The notes under the pieces were generated by a model. It did no database searches. It was not told where the DNA came from and saw only the letters and a list, made by a program, of their open reading frames with translations. A DNA stretch of 64,000 bases from positions 22,890,070-22,954,069 of the forward strand of contig NC_092671.1 in NCBI RefSeq assembly GCF_964355755.1, read 5' to 3'. Of the stretch, positions 49,212-61,284 are shown in pieces (positions within the stretch are counted from its first letter, which is position 1; each line of letters opens with the position of its first letter). The translations under genes were made by a program, and so were the position numbers. Origin of the DNA: Antedon mediterranea. Taxonomy: Eukaryota > Animalia > Echinodermata.

Positions 49212-52040
49212 TACGGGGCGCCGTATGGGAAATTGCTAATTTTGTCGAAATATTACAATTTTGTCTACACATAATTAATTTTGTCAATACAGAATTCATT
49301 TTGTGTTGACAAAATTTATTCTGTGTGGACAAAATTAATTTTGTCTTGACAAACTTCATTTTGTCTCGACAAAATTAATTCTGTGTGGACAAAATTAATT
49401 CTGTGTAGACAAAATTAATTCTGTGTGGACAAAATTCATTTTGTGGCGACAAAATGTATTCTGTGTAGAAAAAAAATTATTCTGTGTAGACAAAATTCAT
49501 TCTGTGTAGACAAAATTCATTTCAGTCTAATATAGAACTTGAATACTTTGCGTCGAGTATAAGTACAGTTTATACTGATGTATAACACGTAGCCCTATAT
49601 GCCTACCAATTTTGGTAATAAATATTAAAGAGGGTTGAAGATTTATATCGATACCGATAATATTGATTAAGAAAATGACAACACTATTTACGATAACATC
49701 TGATAAGTTGAGTAGTAATGAAATGATTTTAGTTAATACATTTATTTTAATATAATAGTTAGTATAGGCCTATTTATTCTCATGGGAATTGCGTCGTCTA
49801 TAGGCCTACCAAGTTTATTTGATAGGAATACTAAATTGCTAATAGGCCTAACTCAAGGGAACAAAACTATGAAATATCTCTTAAGACATATATTAATTGT
49901 CTCTAATTGGAATAATAGAGATATCTTATTGAAAAGATATCTTGGTTATAAACAGGGATATATCTCTATTGGAACCTAAGATCTATGTAAACTAACTACA
50001 TCTATTAAAAACTAAGATATTTTAGTTGCCTAAATAAATGACAGTTTGGTACACCATAGATTATGATATTGCAAATTGTCGTTAAAAAGTTAAATTTAAT
50101 TTTACTCTCGGTTGCATATTATTAAATATTTACACCCTCGAAAGATATAATTCAACTTTGACCAAATAGTTATATGGGTGTTCACACAACTGACATATGG
50201 CGCCTCTCAAGTATCCATTCCCATGGCAGTGTATATAATCTTTCCACCTTCTCCATGATTGATTTTATTTATTATACATTGCTAATTGCAAATATTTGTT
50301 TATAGGTTTACATTGTTCTTTGTACTTTTAATGTACGTATTCAGTCTTTGGCTGGCTTGATAAGATTGATGTTAAATAAAAATGCATTTCCACTAATAAA
50401 ATATGGAGTTGTATCGAGAGAGTATCGTAATTTCGGGCAGAATGGTTTTCGGTCTGGAAAGGTCATTATTACACTGTCTGGGGTGTTGATATTTATACAT
50501 CGAATGTTTTATGGGCAATCAGTCCTGAACCTAGCCAACGTAGGCTACCTGGCCTACTTACTACTGTAGGTTAAAGGTTATTAGGTTTCGCAGGGTGGAT
50601 GACTGTTATAATAAAACTAACGTGAGCAATCTTTTGTAGTCAGTTCTTTAAATGTTTTTTTTTCAAATAACGGACAGCTTTCAGCATCATTATTTCTGCA
50701 ATGACTATTATTATCTTAAAGATATATTGTCCCCTGAAAAAATGTTTTTTTTAATCTTTTTGTTGAATATGTTATTTTAATGTCACATAATAGTTATTCA
50801 CTTTCACAAAAAAATTAGGTCTGAAAAAAAATTATTTACCTGAAAAAAATGTAAATTAAAGCAAAAAATGGTCAAATTGTCTGGAAGCCAATGAGTTTTT
50901 GGGTAATTTAACTGTTTATTTTGTCTTTTTATAGGTGAAATAATTTTTCCCCGTTCTTTTTTCTTATGGAAGTGAACAACTTCATTAAAACTGCATAATG
51001 GCCTATTCAAAGTCCGATTTTAAAAATCTTTATTTTTCATGATTTTGGGAGACAATACATCTTTAATTTTAAAATAAAGTATATACATTTTATAAGAATA
51101 ATAAAAAATATTTTAAACGACAAAATTTTAAATAGCCCCATTACTACAATTTTACTTAAGTATAATAAGCAGGGCTCTATAAAAACCATTTTCCGATTTT
51201 TTAATATAGAATACATTATAATAATAATTATTACTGACGACCGGGCTGACGACGTAGATATTAAATTGTCAAAGTATGAATACTGATCATATCTGATATT
51301 TTCAGGGGTCCCTGATATTATAAAATAGATTAATATGATAGCAATAGAGACGGAGGCATGCTCAGCCATAATAACTGAACCAATAACAAATGTCAAAGAT
51401 TCGCGCGCTTTCATCATTTATAGCTTCACCCTGTCTTGCCCTTTTCACGTTTAAACTCCGCCTTCTAATTTAAATGTTAAAACCGAGCCTACTCAAGCGT
51501 GGAACAAAATGTTTTAAAAAACGTTTTGTCCCACGCTTGAGTAGGCTAGGCTAACAAAATTCATTTTGTCGCGACAAAATGAATTTTTTCTACACAGAAT
51601 AAATTTTGTCTAAACAGAATAAATTTTGTCTACACAGAATACATTTTGTCGCCACAAAATGAATTTTGTCTACACAGAATTTTCGTTACAGAATGAATTT
51701 TGTCGCCACAAAATGATTTTAGTCGTTACAGAATGAATTTTGTCTACACAAAATTAATTTTGTCTACACAAAATTAATTTTGTCTACACAAAATTAATTT
51801 TGTCAACACAGAATTAATTTTGTCTACACAGAATGACTTTTGTTTACACAGAATTAATTTTGTCGAGACAAAATGAATTTTGTCCACACAGAATACATTT
51901 TGTCAACACAAAATGAATTTTGTCAATACAAAATGAATTTTGTGTTGACAAAATGAATTTTGTATTGACAAAATTAATTATGTGTAGACAAAATTGTAAT
52001 ATTTCGACAAAATTAGCAATGTCCCAAACGGCGCCCCGTA
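49212..52040. mobile_element. Non-autonomous foldback-like TIR element, IS3EU-like termini
   Basis: TACGGGGCGCCGT ... ACGGCGCCCCGTA with candidate 6-bp TSD TAGTAG/TTGTAG (one mismatch). Subterminal arrays of a 20-bp unit GACAAAATTAATTCTGTGTA at 49235-49525 and 51552-52015. Confidence 0.8.
50720..51062. mobile_element. Kolobok-type MITE (copy 2), nested in the IS3EU-like element
   Basis: TTAA|AGATATATTGTCCCC ... GGGAGACAATACATCT|TTAA, homologous to 40262-40589. Confidence 0.8.
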
Positions 52041-53049
52041 TTGTAGAGCTTGATATGCCTACGGTGCATCATAAACGCAAAACAACTTTGGTGGGTAGGG
52101 TAGGAACCAACTTAAGTATGACTTGGCTCTAAGAAACAATTGAAAACCATTAGGCCTACTAATTCAGTTGAGTTAGATAATTTAATATTTATTGACGATT
52201 AAATCGACTTTATGATTTTCCCCGAATAGAGGTGGTTTTCACAAATTGTTTTACATTATATAAACATACACGTCGTAGTGATGTATCGTTACATGTACTG
52301 CTATTTCAATCTACTAGGACAGTGATACTGATAGTTTCAACAAAGTATTACATCGCAATGTTTTACTGTGTTTAGTGGTATATTATTTTTAAAACATGAA
52401 AACAATTAATATTTTGTTACTAAATGGATAAAGAATATATTTAAAAATTGTTCCTCTTTGCACCCATCCTCTTCCCCATCCCTCAACCCTAATGTTACAT
52501 TATTATTTCAAAACACAAATTAAGTTTGTTTAAATTTGACTTAAACAATTGGTCTCATTTTTTGACAAGTTTCTCTTTCGGAAGTAATTCCCAGGGTGCT
52601 AATTTTTGTTGAGTACATAAATCAGTGTCTATGTATTCGTTCCTGTGTAAACGACATGTATTATTGTACGTACATTTGAAATCGTCAGTTTTTTAACGCT
52701 GAAATTATTATGTATTCGAGAACCATCTGTGGGCACGACCTAGATGGTACGCGAGCGAAGCGAGCGTACCATCTAGTAATAATAAATTCACCTAGTGGAA
52801 AACATAACAGGTGATGAAACTAAGCGAGTTATAATGTTGAGCTCAGATAGTAATTGCTTAATTTCATGGGTTAGTCGTTTAAATTTGACTAGAAATTTAT
52901 TTTTAGATGTTTTTATATTAAAACGTAATTCCAAATTATTCAGGACCTTTCAGTTTACCTTTAAAGTTTGTTTCTCGCAGTAAAATTTACCTTAAATCTG
53001 TAAATAGAGAACAATGGGTACATCTGATTGATCTTGCCAACAGATAAAA

Positions 53050-53597
53050 TCTTTGAATTTCTTACAACTTTGAGGCTCTGGCGCGGAGCAGAAAATAGTT
53101 TCCCCAAATTGTTTTTACTTGATTCAGAAATATTAGTATCTAAACAGTAGATTGACGATTTTTTTATTTTAAAAAAATTTGTCGCACATGAAAAAAAAAC
53201 GCGTTGTTTTTACCCTACTTTTTAAGAGTTTTATATATGCTAATTATAGTAATTAATTAGTAAAAATGTTAGAATTTCATTAAATTTTTTTAAACTTTAC
53301 TAAATAATTGTCAAGATGCTAGTTAACGTAAGTGTAAAATATTAAAACGCTAGGTTGCTACATTTGGCTTCCAGAGGCTGTTAAACTTAATGTAAATTAT
53401 ACACCAAAAATTAACAAAATTGGCCGAAAATCGTTATTTTTCGATTTTCTCGAAAACTAAGCGATATTTTACCAAACAAACTACACATCACATTTACTTA
53501 CATCAAGGTCTACCAATGTGCAAAATATGAGCCAATTCGAAATTTTGACCCTTGCCACTAAATTACGAATATGTCTGATTTTTGGTGACAAGCACTC
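53050..53597. mobile_element. Probable right terminal region of a Sola3-type element
   Basis: Ends GGTGACAAGCACTC|TTAA, fitting the CTC terminus and TTAA target of Sola3, downstream of the transposase fragment. The matching left end was not found. Confidence 0.45.
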
Positions 53598-53780
53598 TTA
53601 AACAGTTTTATGATTGCATGGAATTGATGATGGCGAGCTCCTTGGTACCATATGATACAATCTGTCCATGCTTGGACAACTAGCCCCCCTACTTCTTCTG
53701 CATTTTGCGCTGACAACATTTGGCAGTATTGTTATTAGTGTCTTTGTATATACAGTATGTTTTTTTTAATTTAAATACCA

Positions 53781-54203
53781 GGCTTCTTCTGGCAGTTCTC
53801 CACTATAACGAAAACTCAGGACGACTTCAAGCTACTAAAAAGGATGGTAAACTACAGTACAATATTGCCAAAGGCAAAGAAAGGTGCACATACAGTTAAG
53901 AAAATAATGACAGAATGCACATTTGGTAAGACGTTTACTACAGTATTAAGATGAGATGGGCACGCTGTTAAATGCATTTAAATACCACCTTGATTTATAT
54001 AATTAAATTGGTTTTTCTTTTCTGTCTGTAGGGTATGTGGATGACCTTATGTTGGAAGTTTTCATGATCGCAGATGGTGAACATGAAGTAGAAGTTGTTG
54101 ATGCACCACCTCACCTATGTTCAAGTTTTGAACATCCTGAAAAGCAGACAGCTGTTGCCAACCATTTTACCAGATTCCCAATAGTCAACAGTAACTCGGC
54201 TTA
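53781..54203 (+). pseudogene. Kolobok DDE transposase, last two exons (frameshifted)
   Basis: LLLAVLHYNENSGRLQATKKDGKLQY; intron GTAAG..TCTGTAG (about 53926-54030); YVDDLMLEVF..APPHLCSSFEHPEKQTAV. Confidence 0.75.
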
Positions 54204-54530
54204 GTTGACCTAAAACGTAGATGCATTTATGAAAAAATTGTACAGTACTGTACAAAAAAAGCCCCAGCACCATCTCGCTAGCTGCTATAGACTACATGCC
54301 TAAAACGCTTGTGGTCTGGGCCTTCAAATGGCTGATTATACTGGTGACGATATTGCAACCATGTAGATAAATGTTGATCAATGGTTTCTCACTGTGTGTC
54401 AGTTTAATGTATTTCATGTTTTACAATAAAAATTGTTTTGTGACAATAATGAAAACAAAAATTTACAACATTTTATCTTTTCTATTTCTTTTTAATTTAT
54501 TACAAAATTACATTATTTAAACTGCTGATA

Positions 54531-55675
54531 TCAATTGTAACCAGTAAAATTATAATCCTCTTCTGGTGGTGGGAAATGTGCCCGTATGCACGATACCGCA
54601 CACGATGGTAGTACAACCCTTAAGTTCCGGCCTAAAAAGCCCCAGCACCATCTCGCTAGTTGCCTATAGGCTACATGCCTAAAACGCTTATGGTCTGGGC
54701 CTTCAAATGGCTGGTTATACTGCTGACGATATTGCAGCCATGCAATTTCGAGGACATGGTACATTTAAACAAGCAGCAGCAAATCCAGGATGTTCTGTAA
54801 TGCATTTATAATCTCCTATGTTGTACATGGATGAACCTTCTTCCAGCCGCCGTTCCACTGCTGCTATCTCTTGACAACATCTACATTCCCAGTTTGTTGG
54901 TAGGATTTGGCAGTGGCACCTAAAAAAGTTCACAGATGTATGTAAATGTTGTGTGTCAATTAAATAAGTACAGATAAATAAACAGTTATGTTTTTTACTT
55001 CTTATGTACTGACTAAAATCTTACAATAAAGGCTAGGCATAGGTTAGAATGGCTGGTGCAGCAGTGAGTGGTGGTGGTAGCCTCAGCCCTGGTCTTTATT
55101 CAATTGATTCAAGTCATATAAAAATTCTAGCCCTAGGCTACTCAATAGGCCTAGCAGTAGGCTACTGTACCTCTCTAATTGTTGGAAGTCAGGGAAAAAA
55201 AAAAAATTTCAGATTGGTCAGGACAAGGGGTTAGGAGGCGCGAGCTGGACAAGAAGCTAGGCCTAGCCTACTAGAACAAGCGTGTTTCAGACCCCAGACC
55301 GATTTGTACAGTAAATACAGTGAGATAATAAGCACAGACATAATTTACCAATTTATTTCATTTCAGTATTAATTGTTCTAGGCTTGTACATAATAAATAT
55401 GAATTAAAATAAACTAACCAATCTAGGGACTGGGTCCGAAGTTGAATCGCATTTTCAATTTGACAACGGTCCGCGGACTCATCTTCAGAAGAATCTGTAC
55501 AGTCAGGCTCATACATGTATGGCTGTATTTCTTCTGTATTGCAATTTTGGTCATTTGTACCTTCTGTAATATCCTCTTCATCATTCTCTTTAGTTACACA
55601 TTCAGCATTTAAAGTTTCTTCGTCAAAATCATCCAAATCTGAGCTGTCAAAATCATACACAATTTGAGTTGACAT
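54531..55675 (-). pseudogene. KolX / P2X7 C-terminal-like cysteine-rich gene of Kolobok (2 exons: 55419-55675, 54531-54919)
   Basis: IQPYMYEP..W|CHCQILPTNWECRCCQE..CITEHPGF..CLN [frameshift] VLEIAWLQYRQQY..RHVAYRQLARWCWGFLG..RVVLPSCAVSCIRAHFP, with a GT-AG intron. Confidence 0.85.
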
Positions 55676-56207
55676 CGTGCTTTCACCGCTCAGTGTGTGG
55701 AAGGGTGGGTTGTGTGTTGCATGCTGCCAGATTTATACCACTTACTACGTCATCGCGGAAGGCTATCAAATTTCACTATTTTTTCGAGTCGTTCGGGAAG
55801 CGATCGGGATACAAAATCCGATGCAGAAAAATCACTAAAATTACTCTTTTTTCGCATGAAATTTACGTTTTCCATACATTTAATAGGTACAATTGATGTA
55901 TTTGACCACAAATATAGCCATAAATTGTATATTGGAAAACCATATTCCTATATCTTTAAAGACTGAACAGTTATCGCAATATTATTCCATTAAATGTAGT
56001 TTGTGACCTTAAATTAGGTCCAAAAAAACATAGGAAACAGGAATATAAACTACTTTCCAAACTGCAATATTTTACCTCAGTGATTTAACTTATTTTCTCT
56101 AGAACAGAACTTTTGTAGGAAAATTGATTGCATGCTTAAATTATTTACCATAATTGCATTATTAGTTATTAGTTTTACAGCGTATTTTTTTTTTTCCACA
56201 AGGTATT

Positions 56208-56545
56208 TTTACTCGGGGTACCCGAGTCTAGGACTTACTCATTTTCTCCTCTTCTTCCTCGGGACACTATTGAGTAAAAAGTGCGATTTTTAAAGTACTA
56301 CTCCTCCCTTATTCGTTGTAGTATTGAGCTGGGATTTTGCATGAATATATTACAGGCACATGTCCTCAAAGCTATAGAGCCGGATTTTAAAATTTCAAAC
56401 CGGATGCAGCTATTTTACGTCTCGAAGATGGTACCGTATAGCCGTATTTGGTAGGTTATTGATGTGCATGTCACATCTCGTCTTATGACGTCATTACAGC
56501 TTCGTTTGCTGTACCCCGAGTATCGCACATTCGTGCTTTTTTGTT
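56208..56545 (+). mobile_element. Short HINE-like element, second family (copy 1)
   Basis: 5' TTTTACTCGGGGTACCCGAGT, 3' subTIR GTACCCCGAGTA, small hairpin GCACATTCGTGC, then a T-run. Confidence 0.75.
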
Positions 56546-56611
56546 AATTAATTTGTTTAATTAAGAACGCACAGTGTGTGACACACACCACAGCGTCATG
56601 TAGTTATATGC

Positions 56612-56684
56612 GGAATCTTGGCGTACTGGTTATCACGTTTCGCTTAACACGCAGAAGGTACCCGGTTCGAGCCCGGGTGAAACC
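56612..56684 (+). pseudogene. tRNA-Val(AAC)-derived sequence
   Basis: TGGTTATCACGTTTCGCTTAACACGCAGAAGGTACCCGGTTCGAGCCCGGGTGAAACC followed by a T-run. The acceptor stem is degenerate. Confidence 0.75.
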
Positions 56685-57081
56685 TTTTTTTTTTAACTTT
56701 ATGGTGAAAAGTGCTGTATACACAGTATATCTTTTATCTTATTATTTTTTTACATACTTATTTTGTGTAATCACTATATGCTGATTATAAACAAAACCTT
56801 TGTTTTATTTAAGTTCTATATACTTGTTCTTATGTAAAAGGGTCCTACAAAAAAACGAAGCTACAGCTTTTTGATGCAGGATCCCTGTTTTCAGTGGTAC
56901 TGTAATTATGATGTACTGTAATTGATGACTAAATAAATGTGGAATAAATAAATAAATAAATAAAATAAATCGTTAATTATAACTTTTACACATGTTTATT
57001 TTGCTTTGTGCTTATTACCATATTTATTTGTAATTTAAATGGATTAAAAAACTTTGTGTAACCCACATTTTTGGTGTAAGA

Positions 57082-57153
57082 GGTTTCGTAGTGTGGTGGT
57101 TATCAAGCCTGTTTAACACGCAGAAGGTTCCTGGTATGAGCCATGGGGAAACC
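57082..57153 (+). pseudogene. tRNA-Val(AAC)-derived sequence
   Basis: GGTTTCGTAGTGTGGTGGTTATCAAGCCTGTTTAACACGCAGAAGGTTCCTGGTATGAGCCATGGGGAAACC. The B box is mutated (GGTATGA). Confidence 0.75.
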
Positions 57154-57221
57154 TATTTTTCTTAAACTTTATGGTAAAATATACTGTATACGTAATATGA
57201 TATAGAGTATATCTCGTTTTA

Positions 57222-57565
57222 TTACTCGGGGTACCTGAGTCTAAGACTCTCTCATCTTTTCCTCATCTTCTTCCATCCGGACACTGTTGAGTAAAAAGTG
57301 CGATTTATAAAGTATTACTCCTCCCATTCGTTGTAGTATTGAGCTGGGATTTGGCATGAATATACTACAGGGACATGTCCTCAAAGCTATAGAGACGGAT
57401 TTAAAATTTCAAACCGGATGCAGCTATTTTACATCTCGAAGATGGTACCGTATAGCCGTATTTGGTAGCAAGGTTATTCATGTGTAATGTGACGTTACAT
57501 CCGGTCTTATGACGTCATTACAGCTTCTTTTTCTGTACCCCGAGTATCGCACATTTGTGCTTGTT
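57222..57565 (+). mobile_element. Short HINE-like element, second family (copy 2)
   Basis: Highly similar to 56208-56545 with the same subTIR and hairpin. Confidence 0.75.
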
Positions 57566-57734
57566 CTACATATAAAATACACAGTCACTGAGAACACCTG
57601 TGAGTTATGTACTGGCTGGTCTATGCACCTTAAATTGCTGGTAAACGGAAGCAGCAATGTGGGTTTGATTGGTCTTGTTTATTTTTTCGGTTTTTGTCAA
57701 ATTTATCAATTGTACTTAGGTTTAAGGTTTATAC

Positions 57735-57813
57735 ACGGTTTTTCACAGGCGCCTTGAGGACTTTAGTGGATATGTGCGCTGTATAAATCTTATTATTATT
57801 ATTATTATTATTA
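57735..57813 (+). repeat. L2-type 3' tail of a LINE/SINE
   Basis: GGCGCCTTGAG..GGATATGTGCGCTGTATAAAT followed by (TTA)n. Confidence 0.55.
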
Positions 57814-58291
57814 GTGGTGTTGTATGAAAAAAAAATGTTTGCGTCCAGAAAGAAAACACATTATATATACAACAGAAATTTAGTAGGAAAAGTTATTGCA
57901 TGCTTAGATTATTTACCGTAATTGCATTAGAAACCATGTATATTTTTTTAGATGTTTATTCGGTCATTTTAGAAAAAAGTTATAAATTAACAACCAATAT
58001 TTGTTTTTAAGAAGGTGTTTTTCTACATAGTTATAGCATGTTTTAAATATAATATATATATAGGTCTAGTGTGTTGTATAAAAAAAACATTCAAAAATAA
58101 ACCTCATTACTTCTAAACTGCAATATAATTATAAAACTTGACTGTGTGGTGTAATTTCAAAAAAATTACAAAAGAGCTTTACAAATAGTGTTATATTTAT
58201 ACTGTATATGTATTACCTTTATTTTATTTAGAAACTAAATAGTTTAATTTGCAAATAAATCACTTGGGAGTAAAGTGATCAGAAATAGTTT

Positions 58292-61284
58292 TTATATTTG
58301 GTGCAAGTTACAATAGTTCATTAATGCAGTTCTAATGTCTAACGCATCTGGGGCTGGATTATCAAAAATATTGTTTGCTTCATCTTCAATGGAAAAATCA
58401 GGCATTGCTTCTTCTATTGCATCATTTTGTTCAATACAAAAGTTGTGCAGTACACAGCAACTGCTCACGATCAAAGAGACTTTTGAAATATGCATGTCAT
58501 TTTGACGCATTAACATCCTCCACCGGCCTTTAAGGATACCAAACGCACCTTCAACAACCATATGGGCTCTGCTTAGCCTGTAATTGAACACATGTTGTCT
58601 CCTGTTAAAGTTACCACGCTCTGGAAAGGGTTTCATGAGCCATGGCATCAAAGGGTAGGCTGGGTCACCGATAATAAACACCGGCACATCCACACCATCA
58701 ATTTGAGGGGAAGTGTTCTGGAATGAATAAAAATATATAATGGGTTAAATAAATTTTAAAAGTCTCTAGCCATGCTATAAATTTGCTTTTTTAAGGCCCT
58801 GTTCAGACCCATAGCGTTAGACCATTTTAGCGTACAACGCTAAAAGAATGTGTGTCTGACAGTTGGGGATTAGCGTACAACGCGTCGTACAACGGTTGTA
58901 GCGTTGTAGTGGAAAACGGTTGATAGTACCGTTTTAGCGTACGACGCTACTGTAAGTCAACGTTGTATCCAATCAGAACGTTTCCTGTTATGACGCGAAA
59001 CAAGGTTTGACATCTTGTATCGTCAATGTGTGAGAGATGGATTTCAACAACAAAAAGGCCAGAATAAATAAGGCCTAACTAGGCCACAAATACTGTTAAA
59101 ATAAACTAGGCTACAAACTACATGTATCAACTGATTACCATTATATTTTCTAACAAATAATGACATAAATAAATGCACTTTGTATTTAAACATAGTGACT
59201 ACGATCCCGTCCCCTTTTAGGCCTAGCTAAGAGCCATTCACGCATTTCATTCAAGCTAAAAACTAGCGTGGAACATCAAGTCACTCATTCATATATACAA
59301 GGCAGACTAGACTGGACAAGTTTAATGCTAAAAACCCCCTAACTCCTAAAAAAAAATCAGTAAACAAACCAGAGGAAAGCTGTGTCTTTTTTATTAGCAA
59401 GTTAAGGGTTATTTTCAACCATGTGGTTAACACAGTCTCCATCTTCATTTAGGAGGCCTGCTTTATTTTCGTAACAACACAAGGCCTGGGGAAAATGTTT
59501 TTAACTACAAAATAAAAAAAATAGAAACATATACTACTATACTTTTGTAAAATAAATGCTGAGGTATGTTTTATTTACAGCAAATTTTGTCATAATTGTA
59601 GGGCTGAGATCTAGGCCTATATACAGTCGAAATAATGATGAAAACACGTGGGTAAGAGTACATGAATATGCAACTAGAAACAACCTGAATGACGCACTTC
59701 CGTTGTAACTATAATCGTACGCTATGGGTCTGAACACCTCATTTTTTTCTCTGCGGTTTGTAATGTGACCTTGCTAGTAACGTTGTACGCTAAAACGGTC
59801 TAACGCCATGGGTCTGAACATAGCCTAAACCTATTTTATCGTACTTACTCTTGGAAATAACTGTCCCCACTGACCTCGTTCATATATGAAAGAATTCCCT
59901 AGTACCCGGGCATCGTGCACCTTTCCTGGCCACCCTACATTAACATCTGTGAACCTGGAACCAACAAGAGAACGCCTAAATTAAGAATATGGTAGGTATA
60001 GAATTATTTTTGAGGATTAGCAAATAAGTATTTGCCATATCTTTGACAACAAACTGATACATTTGTATCACTATCTTCCATAGTATAATATAAAGTTTTA
60101 AAAAGAATATCAGGATATCCCATTAAGTTGACATATAAAATTAAGAGGACCTATTTCCGGTGTTTCAAAAATTTAATTTACAAACTATGCATTTTAATGT
60201 ATTGAAATATGGAAAGGGTACCTTAATTTGTTATCCACAACTCCTTGTAGGATCATCGAGTACCAACCCTTGTGTTTGTAGTAGTCGGCAGGTGAAAAGT
60301 GTGGTGCTTTTATAGGAATATGAGAGCCATCAATTGCTCCAGCACATTGTGGGAATCAAAGTTCATTGAATCCTACAATTGTGGCCCTCAACCTTTTCTC
60401 CGTAAGCCAAACAATATAGTTATACATTGTGTCTACTAAGGCTTGGCAAACCTCCTATACAACACGGCACACAGTTGATCTATGCACACCAAACAAATTG
60501 CCTATTGTTCTCAGTTCACAGCAAGTTGCCAGTCTCCATAAGATAATTCCCACTAACTTTTCAACACTCATGCCATTCCCAAGGTTTGAATCCTCTCGTT
60601 GTAGAGTTGGCCGCAATATATTGCACAGAACTTGAAAAGATTCTGAAACGCAGAAGTATTATGTCATGTTTAACACCTTTTTTGTAAGAGCCGGTAGTAA
60701 TTTATAATTAATGTTATTTATTAGTTTTGGTAGCCTGCCCGGCCGCGGTGGTGGACTGAAAATAGACTAAATATAAATGGGGATTGATTTATAGCCTAGT
60801 TAGGCTCTACTTACTTAGTCTGGTCATACCTACAATTGTAAGGCTGGCTATATAAACAAAAGAAGAGTAGGCCTAGGGGAGGCTAGTTTTTAACAACTTA
60901 CCTTATCAACACAACTAATACTACTAGGCTAGGCCTATTTTAGTATTTATTTAGTATTTAGGGTTTTTTATTAAATTACTACAGCTGTATTATATTCATA
61001 TTTAATACCTTGGGAGATTCTGAAGTTTTCTTTCCATAGCTGTTCTGTGTAACGTTGGCACACCGTTACATCCCACCAGTCCAGGCAAAACAATGTTTTG
61101 CCTTGGCCTTAAGTACTCCAGCAGCGAAAATAGTCCTTCTTGCTCGCCTACGTGCCCTTATTATATTCCACATAACATTATTCCGCTGTATTTGCTGGTA
61201 GATGTTTAGTGGGTTGACACGCAGTTCTTGATTAAAAGCCCAGAAAAGGGATATCAGTAATATAGCACTACGAAAAAGGTCCAT
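58292..61284 (-). pseudogene. PIF/Harbinger (HARBI1-like DDE_Tnp_4) transposase, 4 exons: 61009-61284, 60222-60642, 59849-59954, 58292-58717
   Basis: WKENFRISQ|ESFQVLC..LWRLAT..LFGVHRSTV..FPQCAGAIDGSHIPI..YYKHKGWYSMILQGVVD|FTDVNVGWPGKVHDARV|IGDPAYPL..FNYRLSRAHMVVEGAFGILKGRWR..CCVLHNFC. All introns are GT-AG. Exon 1 is frameshifted and exon 2 has an in-frame TGA at about 60357. Confidence 0.92.
58795..59825. mobile_element. Harbinger/Tourist-type MITE nested in the Harbinger transposase intron
   Basis: TAA|GGCCCTGTTCAGACCCATAGCGTTAGACC ... GGTCTAACGCCATGGGTCTGAACATAGCC|TAA, with TIRs of about 45 bp and a TAA TSD. Confidence 0.9.

Larger units (their letters stand above)
48495..52776 (+). mobile_element. 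Non-autonomous canonical Helitron (copy 2) interrupted by a 2.8-kb TIR element
   Basis: A|TCTATATATAAATTT ... TAGATGGTACGCGAGCGAAGCGAGCGTACCATCTAG|T inserted in an (ATA)n tract. Segments 48495-49211 and 52047-52776 are the reverse complement of 44410-45805. Confidence 0.9.
53602..55955. mobile_element. Right part of a Kolobok transposon (transposase 3' exons and KolX gene, tail to tail)
   Basis: Terminus CATATTCCTATATCT|TTAA at 55955, with two convergent spliced genes as known for Kolobok. Confidence 0.8.

Noticed and set aside
49235-52015. CRISPR-like 20-bp repeats
   Set aside because: No spacers; these are subterminal repeats of a TIR element.
44410-52776. Single Academ-like transposon with 1.4-kb TIRs
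   Set aside because: No TSD, and each arm has its own Helitron 5' TC, 3' hairpin-CTAG and A|T target.
58292-61284. Intact domesticated HARBI1 gene
   Set aside because: Frameshift in exon 1 and an in-frame stop in exon 2.
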